Origin: Octopus vulgaris
Lineage: Eukaryota
Assembly (NCBI GenBank): GCA_951406725.2
Contig: OX597830.1
Coordinates: 21,948,001-22,012,000, forward strand
Length of the DNA: 64,000 nt
Direction of reading: 5' to 3'
The notes under the pieces were generated by a model that was not told the origin of the DNA, ran no database searches, and saw nothing but the letters and a program-made list of their open reading frames with translations. The position numbers were made by a program, and so were the translations under genes. This document shows positions 12,501-26,400 of the stretch, one piece after another. Position 1 is the stretch's first letter. Every line of letters starts with the position of its first letter.

Positions 12501-15500
12501 CCACAGAGAAAGTACCAAAGAACTGAAGATATTGCCATATTGTTAGATATGTGGTTGTTTTTTTAACCCTTTTCAAAGTAACCGACCTGAAACTGACCCT
12601 GGTTCTACAATACAAAATTCTTGCTTTAACACTGATCTAAATCAAAGCTGTCCACCAAAATTTAGTGCTAATTTATGTTCCAGATTTCAGTTTAATAATG
12701 GAGTTATTTTACAAAATTCTTCAATATTTTCAATATTAATTGAAATAAAGGCTGTGTATTGTATTTCAACATTAAAAGCCTATATATCTGTGTGTGTGTG
12801 TGTGAGGTTGCATGTGTGCATGTGTGAGACTGTGTATGAGGTTGTGTGTGAGAGATATTGTGTGTGTGTGCATGCGTATGTGTGAGGCTGTGCATATGTG
12901 AGGTTATGTGCGCATGTGAAGTTGTGTGTGAGAGGTTGCATGTGTGCATGTGTGAGACCATGTGTATGAGGTTGTGTGAGAGATTGCATGTGTGTGTGTG
13001 CATGTGTGAGTGTGTGTGTGAGGCTGTGCATATGAAAGGTTGTGTGCACATGTGAAGTTGTGTGTGAGGTTGCATGTGTGTATGTGTGAGACGATGTAAA
13101 CGAGGTTGTGTGCGAGAGAGATTGTGTGTGTGTGTGTGTGTGCATGTGTGAGGCTGTGCATATGTGAGGTTGTGTGTGCATGTGTGAGACCATGTGTATG
13201 AGGTTGTGTGTATGTGTGTGTGCACGTGTTGTTCTTGAGCTCATGGTAAGAAGTATTTCAGCTCATAGCCAACCCATTTTTTCTTCAGACATATTGTATA
13301 TGACCCACTCACCCACCCCGTCCGCCAATAATCTCAACAAAGCTTGAACCATTTATTTTTCGTCTGTATTGTTTTGGCAAGACACAGGCATGGCTGTATG
13401 GTAAGAAGTTCACTTCCTAACCACATGGTTCCGGGTTCAGTCCCACTGCATGGCACCTTGGACAAGTGTCTTCTACTACAGCCTCGGGCTGACCAAAGCC
13501 TTGTGAGTGGATTTGGTAGGTGGAAACTGAAAGAAGTGTGTGTGTGTGTGATCCTCATCATCATTTAACATCCACTGGCCATGCTGGCAAGCTGGGGAGC
13601 TGCACCAGACTCCAGTGTGATTTGGCATGGCTTCTATGACCGGAGGCCCTTCCTAACACCAAACACTTTACAGAGTGACACCACATGGGCACTTTCACAT
13701 GGAACCCATGAGCTTTTATGTGGCCCTATGCACATTTACATTGCACCAGGTGCTTTTACGTGACACTGCCATGAGTGCTTTTCACTGCCAGAGAGACCAG
13801 TCTTAATACTTCGGCTGTGGAATATGGGTCATGTGTTTGTTCCCCCACCACCACTCAACAACCAGTGTTGGTTTGTTTACAACCCTGTAAATTAGCGATT
13901 GATTCAACAACAAAAAAACCAGTAGACTTAAGTACCAAGCTTTAAAAAATAGTACTGAGGTCAATTTGTTCAATTAAGCCAGTGGTTCTCAATGGGGTCT
14001 ACATGGCCATGGAGGGTGGGTCCATATAAGGTTTGGTTGTTGAAATTTATCTGCAATAAATCAATTATACTTTTACAATATACAGAATATTTTGATAATT
14101 ATTTTTTATCCATCTTCTAATAATATTTAATTATAAAAATGTAATAGGATCTTTTTTTTAACACCAAATGACTAGGAGGGTCCAGCTGAGCAAAATAGAA
14201 ATCAAATGGTTATGAAACACTGAAGTAATCCCTTTAGGGTTGTCTCTCAACATGGTCACAGTCCAATGACTGAAATAAGTAAAAGATTTAAAAGAAAATA
14301 AAAAGTAGAAAATTAGTCAGGAGTTCAATCAAGAAGCAGCAAGAGTAGACAAAGAGAGAGAAAACAGAAAGATGGTAATGGGTTACCTAAGTTCTTTCCT
14401 GGCTTTCTCCAGTCTATAAGTTTCTTTGTCGTAGCTGGATTCCCTCCTTGAAGACAATAGCTGCCTGAGCTCACTTGTTCGGCGGCGTTCGCGTAGGTGA
14501 GGAGGAATATCAGGCTCAGCATTGGCAAGACGGTGGTGATGGCCATGGCTATGGTGATGTGAACGATGTGGTTCCACGGGGCGATGGCGCCGTAAACTGG
14601 ACCTGACTTTTGCTCTTTCTTTCCTCCTTCTTTGGCTTTCTTCAAACTACAACACAAAAGGCAGGACACGTACACAATTAAGAAAATATAATAATTAAAA
14701 TCTCTCAAGTCATAATCATGCTCTTACATGACACTGGCACAGACATTCTTATGTGACACTGGCAAAGGCACAGACACTCTTACACGACACTGGCACAGGC
14801 GTTCTTATGTGATGCTGGCACAGTGCTTTTACGTGACACTGGCACAGGTGCTCTTACATGACACTGGCACAGGTGCTCTAACATGAAACCAGCTCGGGAA
14901 CTCTTATGTGACACCGGCAGAGGCGCTCTTACGTGACACTGGCACAGGCGCTCTTATGTGGCACCAGCACAGGTGCTCTTACGTGACACACAGTCACTCT
15001 AACATGACACTGGCATAGGTGCTCTTGCATGACACTGGCACAGACACACTAAAGTGATACCAGCACAGGCGTTCTTACATGACACCAGCACAGGCACGCT
15101 TATGTGACACCAGAAACAGGCGCACTAACGTGGTACGGGCACAGGCGCTCTTACATGACACCAGTACAAACGCACTTACATGACACCGGCACAGGTGTTC
15201 TTACATGACACCGGCACAAGCAAGCTTACATGACACCAGCACAGACGCACTAATGTGACACCAGCACAGGCGCTCTTACGTGACACCGGCACAGGTGCTC
15301 TTACGTGACACCGGCACAGGCGCTCTTACGTGACACCTACACAGGCGCACTTACATGACACCGGCACTCTTGGCTGAGAGAGGGACATACATGACAAACC
15401 TGTATGCATGGACAGCCATAGTTTTACTTAGCTTGCCATGTCTTCTCAAGCACAGCAAACCATCAGAAATCTCAGTTCTTTGCCATCTCTGATGATGACA

Positions 15501-15777
15501 ATGATGATGATGAAGTCTGAGGAAACTAGTGGTGTCCTACACCAACAAAATTAAGTCAGTTTATTTCACAAATCAATATAATAGTTCCAAACATGGGCAC
15601 AAGACCAGAATTTTAATAGGGAAAGGATTTGTTAAGAAATATATATATATTTCTCATCCGGACCCAAGGCCAAACAGTTTTGAAGAGAAAGGGACCTCAA
15701 TTACATCAACCCTAGAGCTTTCCTGAAGTGCGCATACATTTTTTTTAGCAGACTCTGTATGCATATGTATGTATATA

Positions 15778-15859
<82 letters not shown>

Positions 15860-16018
15860 TAAATACGAGATTCTTATCAATCAAATCCACTCAAAAGGCT
15901 TTGATCAGCCCAACAGTATAGTAGAAGACACTTGCCCAAGGTGCCAAACAGTGGGGCTGAACCTGGAACCATGTGGTTGGGAAACAAGCTTCTTACCACA
16001 CAGCCAGCCATGCTTGTG

Positions 16019-16073
<55 letters not shown>

Positions 16074-19000
16074 GAGATGTCATGGCTGGAAGTTATTCCA
16101 GTAACTTAAATTCAGTCACCATTTATCCCAAATATCTTCATGCTTCAGGCTCCTTGTTCCCCCCCTACCCACATACACACAGATAAAAGCACTGTGCCTA
16201 AAATACTTACCTTAGCTTTAGCCCATGGATCCTTGGAGGCTTTAGGATCCAGTAAGGCATGGGACCAATTTTTCTTATCTGATTTAGATTTACTCTGAGT
16301 AGAAGCCTTGCTCTTTGCAGCAGTTTTCTTCTCGCCCTCCGTCTTTTGGGGGCTTTTCTTAACTACCTTGTTGGATTTTTCTGTACCATCTGCTGGTTTG
16401 CCTACAAAACAATAACAGCAACAGTCTTAATTATCAGTGTTTTCACCATCACAGAATATCTGCCTCAATAAAATTAGTCCAATGTATGAAAGCATGGAAA
16501 AGTAGACATTAGAAAATCATAACGATGACATTACAACTTCTTAAACTCTACCTTTGTGTTAATCCTTTTGTTACCATATCTATGTTGAACTATCCTGTCT
16601 TCGTTTCAATTAATTTTGAAAATAATGAAAAATTTAGTAAGATACCATAAATCCTCGAGTATAATCCACATTTTTTCCCCAAATTTAAAGGTCAAAATCC
16701 CTAGTGCGTACTATTTACGAGGTTCAAAATGAAAAATATTTTCTAAGCAATGTCCAAGTCTCTATTTGCTGTCCGGCAATGTTTATTCAGAAGCATTTTG
16801 TGATGTTGGGTGCGAAAATACCTTAAGCTAAGCCTGAAAGCAATGAAGTCATAAAAGAATCATCCATAACTTGCAGTAAGCAACATTTATTAAACGCTAT
16901 TACTGTTACTTCTTTATTTTCTGCAAACAAAATGCACAAAAAAGTTACATGTTTGCATATACAATAATAATAAAGGACATTACTGTATACATTTTTACAA
17001 ACCAAGGACGTTATACTGACCTCCTTGACTCAAGTTAGAGAAGGGGTGCGTATTATACACAAGGTTTAGGTTTTTCAGAGGTACAGCCCCCTAAAAATTC
17101 CCTGCGTATTATACTCAAGGGTGGACTATACTCGAGGATTTACGGTAACTTTATCATTTAAGCTGGTATCTAGAATACAAATTAACATGAAATTTTAATA
17201 GATTTTCATTTAGATCACTTTAACACAGGGAATTTGTATCATAGAACTGAAGGCGGTTTCAGGGAGGATGGTATTAAGAAGGTTAAGGCGTATTTTGCTA
17301 ATGGCCTTTTGTAGTATGTATATTGCCACTACAATCAGTACAGTCCTTTTGTCTTCCTCCTCAACAAGGTGTATATCTTCAGGTCAGCTTTCACCACTTC
17401 ATCACAATTCTTCTTTGGTTTCCCTCCTTCAGGCGACTACTAACTTGGAGTGCTTGGCACTTTTGTATGCCACAATCACCGTCGAAACTACGATGACCAC
17501 AACCAGTTTCTGTACACAGTTGAAAATCCATTATCCGATACTCATGGGACAGAGATTGTTGCAGATTTTTGATTTTTCTAATTTTGGAGTGCTTTATTAA
17601 AAAAGAAATTGAATCTACAAAACGGAACAGTTTGAGGATAGAAAGCAGGTCTAAACACAATAGCTTATATGTAGTTCTATATAAATCTTAAATAATTTTT
17701 GTTATACTTCAGACCATCAGAAATGTTAAGATATCAGTCTCTACCCACATTGTCATACTTTGATTAAAAGGTTATGGCATAGATATTGGCCGAAGTTGAC
17801 TTAGGCCATGTCTAATTTAATAGCACCACCTGGAACCGTAGCCCATTCAAGCAGAGGGTCATTGTTTTCAGAGACATATCTGGGTATGGGTAGTTTATTT
17901 GGTATTTGTTGGGGGTAATCATCTAGTAATCATTTGAATGCTGTGTAGTCACTTTCCTCCTTTATGTGTGTTTGGCAATGATGTTGAAGAGAGAAGGGCC
18001 AATTGAGGTGAAATAGTTCTATCATAGTGTTGTGATACGACCCGAACATTTCTGTAGTGGACGGATGCCACAAGGGCCAAGACTTGGACAAATTTCAAAG
18101 ATGGGCAATGTTGATAGAATATTTTCCACATCATACAGAAAATATAGAGCTAACAGCAGCAGTAGAGGAAGCAAAACCTGAGCTTTTTGAGTCAATTCCA
18201 ATAGTCAAGGCTTGTCATGTCATCCTCCGCAGACCTCCGCCAAGCAGCTCATTTTAAGATAGATACGTGAGTAAAATCACCAATAGAGAAACGAAAATAA
18301 ACTTTGGAAACAGCAACGCCACCATTAGGTTACGTGGAAACGATGAACGTGTTTTCAAGGGAGAAAAATCAAAGAATGTAACATTGTAATACTTCATGTA
18401 AAGTAAATATAAGAAATGAAAAATCTTTCAAGAATCCATGAAAATTTCCGGATCACTTCCAAAATTTCATCATCTGTTTCTTGTGTCGTTACCAACAACT
18501 TTTCCTGCAAGTTTCATTATATTACCGTTCACAACTTTTTGAGTTATTTTGCACACAGACGGACAGACAGATAAACCAACGCTGATGAAAACATAACCTC
18601 CTTCCTTGGCGGAGGTTCAAAAAAAAAAAAGCAAAAGAAATCAAAAAAATAAAAACAAAACAAAATGTTACTTACTTTCTTTTTTAGTATTAACCAGTTT
18701 CTTTGCAGGATCAGCAGCTTTCTTTTGTATTTGCATTCCCAAAGCATTTCTGGCCTGCAAAAACATTATAGGTTTGAGTGTGTGTGTGTATGTATGTATG
18801 TATGTGTGTGTGTGCCAGCCCGTCAAGTTCAACCTTCGCATATTCCCGGTGCACCCGCCCTTGCCCACCCCCACCACCAATACCGGATATCTCTATATTT
18901 TTGCTCCATCTATACCGGATGTCGCTTCTCCCACCACCATTATAGGTGTCTACTCTTCGAACCCCACTCTTCAATACGCTATTTCACCATGCATTACCCC

Positions 19001-19815
19001 TCTCGTGATATCCTACGTTCTACTTGTCTAGAACCTGTCATCGTTTCTCCGAACACCCCTCCCCACTGGTGCTCCCCTATATTTCTGCACCCTCCCCCCA
19101 CATAAAAAGCACCATCCGAACGTGGCCGATGCCAGCACCGCCCCGACTGGCTTCTGTGCAGGTGGCACATAAAAAGCACCAACTGACCGTGGCCGATGCC
19201 AGACCCCTCTGGCACCTGTGCAGGTGGCACGTAAAAAGCACCCACTACACTCGCGGAGTGGTTGGCGTTAGGAAGGGCATCCAGCTGTAGAAACACTGCC
19301 AGACCAGACTGGAGCCTGTGGCAGTCCCTGGCTCCCCAGACCCCGGTCGAAACCGTCCAACCCATGCTAGCGCGGAAAACGGACGTTAAACAATGATGAT
19401 GATGATGATATATATATATATATATATATATCTCTATATATAAACGGCAGTTTGTCTGTGCGTGTTTCTGTGTGTCTGTTTTCTCGTACCCTCACCCTGA
19501 CCACGGCTTTCAACCGATTCTGATGAAACTTGACACACGCATAGCCCAATGTCATAATTCAAAACTAACGCAGCGAAAATTTTGAAAAGTTCCCCCAGTT
19601 CTGAAAAAAATCGATAAATTCGACATGGGGTCGAGAATAAAAACAAACAAACCACAGACTGTCTAGGGGACGCAACTCAACCTTTTTTTACTCTCAAAAA
19701 AAAATTTACCATCATTTTTTTTCCATTTTTTTTCTATTTTTTTGGCTATAACTCTCTAAAGATGCTTTATAGTTATTTCCCTTACAAACCTGAGCAACGC
19801 CGGGCGATACTGCTA

Positions 19816-19869
<54 letters not shown>

Positions 19870-20149
19870 TTTACTTTTCTTCTATTCTTCTACTTGTTTC
19901 AGTCATTTGACTGCAGCCATGCTAGAGCACCACCTCAAAGGGTTTTAGTCAAAGAAATCAACCCCCAGGACTTATTCTTTGTAAGCCTAGGACTTATTCT
20001 ATCAGTGTCTTTTGCTAAACCGCTAAGTTATGGGAACATAAATTCAGCAACATCGGTTGTCAAGCAACGGTGGGGGTACAAACACAGACACACATACAGA
20101 CCAAAATATACACATATATTCGAGTCTTCTTTCTAGACACATATATATG

Positions 20150-20198
<49 letters not shown>

Positions 20199-20406
20199 TT
20201 ACATATATATCCACATATATACATATATATACTTACATTATATATCCACATATATACATGCATATATATATACACACACACACACATATATATACATGTA
20301 TATATACATATACATAAATATATATATATACATAAATATATATACATATATATATATATGCATATTTATGTATATATATATATGCAAAACCTGACGTGTC
20401 TTGTCA

Positions 20407-20441
<35 letters not shown>

Positions 20442-23400
20442 CATGTGTCTGTGTGCATTTTATTGTGTCACTATAAATATATAAGGTGCTTAGTCTAGTG
20501 ATTAGGGGTTGCACCCATCATCATAAGATTGTGATTACAATAAAAAACATTTTATCTCATGTCGCTTTGTGATCACTTTGACACCTGATATGTGGCACCT
20601 GTACAGGTAATGCCAACATTATGGAGACAGTGAGCTAATCTACAGCACATACATTTGATCACTAGAAACAGATAATTTTGTGCAGGTTATTCAGTAAGAA
20701 ACTGCAGAACCCTCTGTCTCAGACTTGATACTACCATAATTATATCATATTATACAAGACCCCCTTCAAAAATTAATGACAATGGGATTACACCTAGAAA
20801 GTTCTCCTCCGGGCAAGGTTGTTTATGGAAGACCAGTAGTCGCCCATGCATACCAGCCACTCCTCTCCACACCGCCAATGTTATCCAAGGGAAAGGCAAA
20901 GGGGCAGATACAGCTTGGCACCAGTGACATCACAACTTATTTCTAAAGCTGAGTGAAGTAAGCAATGTGAAATAGTGTCTTGCTCAAGAACACAACACAC
21001 AACCTAGTCTGGGAATCAAACTTACTACCTCATCATTGTGAGCCTAACACTCTAACCACTGAGCCATGTGCCTTCAGACACACACACACACACACACATG
21101 AACCATAGTCATTATTTGCAAGTGAGTATGACACTAGTAGAATGTACCATGCTTTTGCTAATTGCGTTAGATTGTCATTGTAGATCTGAGCATACATAGA
21201 CACCCCCTTATCCCTTCAACCAGCAGAACATTGTGGATGTGACAGCTGAAGAGAGGGATAGGGCTGCACCAGTATTAGACTGGTACTCATTTACAAGGTT
21301 TCAGTCAGCCTAGGGCTGTAGTTGGAGACACTTGCCCAAGGTACCTTGTAGTGGGATTGAACCCAAAGCCATGTGGTTGGGAAGCAAACTTCTTACCACA
21401 CAGCCATACATACGAATTAAAAAGAAAAAAAACATTCTTGAGCAATGATCACCACTCCAATCCTATTCGACAGCACTCAACTCCACTTCGCTCCACTTAC
21501 CATCTTCACAGTAATAACTGTGCCATTGAATTTGGTCTGGTTGAGATGACGGATGCAGTTGTTTGCGTCTTCAGTTGAAGCCATAATCACAAAACCATAA
21601 CAGCGACGACTTGGAATCCGTGCAGTTGTCACAACTTTGGCAGCAACAACCTGGAAAAAAAAAACAATTGAGAAAAACCAAAGTTAGAAAACCCACCATC
21701 ATTGACAAAAGGTGGTTATAAGGTGACGAAAGAGATTAAATGAGACAATTGTTCATTTTGCATACATTTTACAAGCACAGGGGTGGCCATCCATACACTC
21801 TGAGTGGCCACACCTGTGCTTTGAATGTAGAGTTCAGTTGTTTTTCTAAAATAGAGTACTGGTGTGACATAAAAACCACTCAGTCTACTCTGCAAAGTGG
21901 TTGGTGTTAGGAAGGGTATCCAGCTGTAAAAACCACGCCAAAAGAAACAGTGAAGCATGGTGCAGTCTTCTGCCTAGCCAGACCCTGTCAAACCATCCAA
22001 CCCATACCAGCATGGAAAGCAGACATTAAATGATGATGATGATAATGAGAGTTACTTAATCCAGCATCTTCATCTTAACGCTATGGTACTACATTACCAT
22101 CATCAGTTAACATTCATTTTCTGTGCTGGTATGGGTTGAATGAGTCGACAATGCCATATCATTTTACAGAGCTAAGCTGGTGTAGGCTGGATGATTCAAC
22201 AGAAGCTGGTGAACTGGTGGACTGTACCAAGCTTCAATGTCTGCTTTGGCATAGTTTCTTCATCTGGATGCTCTTCCTAATGCCAACCACTTCACAGAGT
22301 ATACTGGGTGCTTTTTATATGGCATCAGCACCAGTGAAGTCACCAACTAACTTGCAAGACAAGACCCCTCGATACTGAGTAGTATGGAGCGAGGCGGCTT
22401 TATGCCAGGTAATATCATCATCATCCATCACTTTGAATCCGGGTTTTGTCCCTGTTAACAGGGGTGGCTGGATCTACCTCAATACCATACAACTGCCCTC
22501 ACACCATCTCACTATCTTGCCCAGTTTTGGGTGTGCTCCCTTCTCAAGCCAACCCTCCCAATCTTCTCCTCCACATGTCCTCTTCACATTTTCCTCAGTC
22601 TACCTCACTCTCGCTGTCCATTTACCTCAAAATCTAGCACCCTCTTCAGAACATGCTCAGCGGGGCTCTGAAAGGGATCTCAGGGAGTAGCATCCCAGCC
22701 ATCCTGAACTAGTTTTCCATCAAATTTCTTAAAAATCATGGTAGGGGCTTTGTTCTCGGGACCACTGATGTCTAGAAACTGAGGTTGGCTGTAAGCAAGG
22801 GCATGCTCCCCATAGAAAATCCAGCTACGAAAAAGTCTCATGATAATAGCAAAGGAGGTAATGAGAAGTTTAAATATGATAGAGAGACAAGAACAGATGT
22901 CTAGCCAAAAAAGAGATACATGGTTTCCCCCCCATTGGAGAAGAGAGAAGATGGTGGTGAAGACTATATGATCCAATTTTACAAATCTAAGCCATTTACA
23001 TGAAATTTTAAAACTGAATGTGAAGCAGATAAAATATTTATATTTTTAATTTAAATAATTTACAAACCCATCCATGTTTGACAAACAGTGCTTTGAGATT
23101 TGCAGCTTTGGTATTGGCTTTGAGTCCAGTAATCCACAAATTACAAGTTTTGGCAGATTCTACAAAGGAAAAAAAAAGAAAAAAGAATTTTGGTTTAATA
23201 ATCTATCTTATAATTTCATTATAATTTCAAAAATATTTAACCCTTTAAAACTCAATGCAACTGGTAAAAGTCTAAATGTTGTTCACAGTAAAATCTGAAA
23301 TTATTTTTTGTATAATTTCCATTCCAGTTTAACATATTGAATAGTTGTATGTAGTAGTCAATATTAAACATGTAGCAGTGCTCATATCTGTAGATTTGAA

Positions 23401-26400
23401 GGGAAATTAAAAAGGTTTAAATGTTGTGGCTGCATGGTTAAGAAAGCTTGCTTTGCAACCATGTGGTTTTGGGTTCAGACCTGCAGTGCGACACCTTGGA
23501 CAAGTGTCTTCTACTACAACCCTAGGCCAGCCAATGCTTTGCAAGCGAATTTGTTAAATAGAAACTTTGTGAAAGCCCATCGTGTATGTGCATGTGTGTG
23601 TGTGCGCGCGCCTGTGTGTGTCTTAATATTTGCCACCCCACTACCACTCAACAACTGCTGTTGGTTTGTTTATGGCCATGTAACTTAAGTGTTCAGCAAA
23701 AGAGAGCAATAGCAAAAGTAGCAGACTTCAAAATAAGTACTGAGGTTGATTTGTTAAACTAAACACCTCACAGCAGTGCCCCAGCATGGTCGCAGTCCAA
23801 TGACGAAAATAAGAGAAGATAAAAAGAAGATCAGTTTCAAGTTTTCCATGATGAGATGAATTGCTGGGATCTGCAATCCAGTGTCTTTCCATTTGTCACA
23901 TTAAGATATCCTCATATCATCCGTGAAAGCCAATTAGATGCTTATTTTATTTGTTATTATATTTACGGAGGTGTACTTGCATAGCAAGTGATTTGATCTG
24001 AGATCGTGTGCTGAAACGTAAACAATTGCAGCGTGGAAGGTGTTTGTAAGCCATTTAAGAAACACACAAAAGCCGTTCAATTCACTTCAACATTTAAGTT
24101 TATTTTGTCAGTGAACAGGTCGCGGATTTTAGCGACAAAAATATTTTGACAAAATAAACTTAAATGTTGAAGTGAATTGAACGGCTTTTGTGTGTTTCTT
24201 AAATGGCTTACAAACACCTTCCATGCTGCAACTGTGTTATATTATATTATATATATTATTATATTTGTGTGAAAGCGCATGGCTCAGTGGTTAGAGTGTC
24301 GAGCTTACGATCGTGAGGTTCAGAGTTCAATTCCAAGACTGGGCTGCGTGTTGTGTTCTTGAGCAAGACACTTTATTTCACGTTGCTCCTGTTCACTCAG
24401 CTGTAGAAATGAGTTGCGACGTCACGGGTGCCAAGCTGTATCGGCCTTTACCTTTCCATTAGATAACATTGGTGGTACAGAGAGGGAGGCTGGTATGCAT
24501 GGATGACGGCTGGTCTTCCATAAATAGCCTTGCCCAGACTTGTGCCTCGGGGGGGAAACTTACTTGGTCATTCATGACCAAAGGGGGTCTCCTCCTCAAT
24601 TATATTCTACATGGGAACTGGAAAACCAGTGCTATGAGTCCTAAGACATATGACTGGTGTGCAGGAAATGATGATGATGATGGCTGGTGATAAGGAGGGA
24701 TGTAGAGGCTATCAAGAAAATCGTCATGGGCTCACAAGGCTAACCCATGCTTTAGCAGGAAAAATGGCCTTAAAACACTTGCTTTTTTCACAGCATGTAG
24801 TAACTAAAGTAGTGCTGGATTAACAATTAATCAAAATAAGGACCTGCTTAGGGCATCGAGGGAAGAGAACACCACAGAAATGGTAAATGGTTTACAGCAC
24901 AAAAGAAATCACTTTAAACTTGCTAAAATAATATTAAGGATGCCTTATCTCTACTAAGTGTAGAAGCAGATGTGTTACACAAGATTAATCTTGAGGATCT
25001 GATCAAAGACTCTGCAATTTAAAAAAAAGTAGAAAACCTTTCAAATATAAATAAAGTGGAAGCACACAAAAATAAAGATTATTTTCCACCTTACTGTTAG
25101 TTTTGTTTCATTTTGAAGAATGAAAATTTATTTTATGGTTTATCATTGTTTATATTTTGAATTACATATATATGAGAGGCACCAAAATCTTGTAAGTGCC
25201 AAGGGCCTCTCTTGGGTTTTAATCCACCTCTGAACTAAAACCAGTATTCTTTTATTCTTTTATTTGCTTCAGTCGTTTGGCTGTGGCCATGCTGGAGCAC
25301 CACCTTTTAGTCGAACAAATTGACTTTTTCTTTGTAAGCCTAGTACTTATTCTATCAGACTCTTTTGCCGAACCGCTAAGTTACAGGAGATGTAAACACA
25401 CCAGCATCGGTTGTCAAGCGATGGTGGGGGCACAAATACAAACACATACATACGACAGGCTTCTTTCAGTTTCCGTCTACTAAATCCACTCACAAGGCTC
25501 TGGTTGGCTCGAGGCTATAGTAGGAGACACTTGCCCAAGGTGCCAGGCAGTGGGACTGAACCCAGAACCATGTAGTTGGTAAACAAGCTACTTACCACAC
25601 AGCCACTCCTGCACCTAAGATTTGGACCTAAAAGATTATAACAATGTATATGGTAAGAGAACAAAGGATTCTTACTTGGTGGTTTACCCTTCTTTGTTTT
25701 AGATGTGTCTTCAGAACTGGAAAAAAAAAAAAACAGAAATATCACATTAGAATATTGACAAATCCAGGCAATATATCCAACATAAAATTATTACGTGTGA
25801 CATATCACAAGCAGTAAAACAGTTAGAATATTTACATGTGATGTATGAATTACAGACAATACAACATGGTTAGGATATTGCTACATGTGACATCATCATC
25901 ATTTAAGGTTCACTTCTCCATGCCTGCATGGGCCAGATGGAATTTATTGAGGAAGATTTTCTTCTACAGCTGAGTACCTTTCATGTCATCAACCCTCATC
26001 AGTTTCCAGGCAAGATAATATTTCTCAATGGGCAAACATGTTTTTCGTGGAAGACTGGAGACAAACAACACTGCTTGTATGATGATGCTCATTTGCAATC
26101 ATCACATGATGACAAAACAAGAATATAAACACACACATACGTACATGTGAGTGTGTATATAGTACACTTATTATTATTAATAATGGTAATGGTATCTATT
26201 TAACTTTTATATTGTGCGGTGCAGTACTGTACTGTACTATACTATATTATATTATGTTATATTATATTATATTATATTATATTATATTATATTATATTAT
26301 ATTATATATATACAATGGGCTTCTTTCAGTTTCTGTCTATCAAATCCACTCACAAGGCTTTAGTCAGGCTGGGGCTATAACAGAAGACACTTGCATAAGA

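Noticed and set aside
14716-15368. Regular repeat array resembling CRISPR
   Set aside because: Head-to-tail 25-bp units with no unique spacers, eukaryotic context, no cas genes. The same applies to 42410-42869.
24272-24345. tRNA-like A/B boxes
   Set aside because: Head of a tRNA-derived SINE; no complete cloverleaf.
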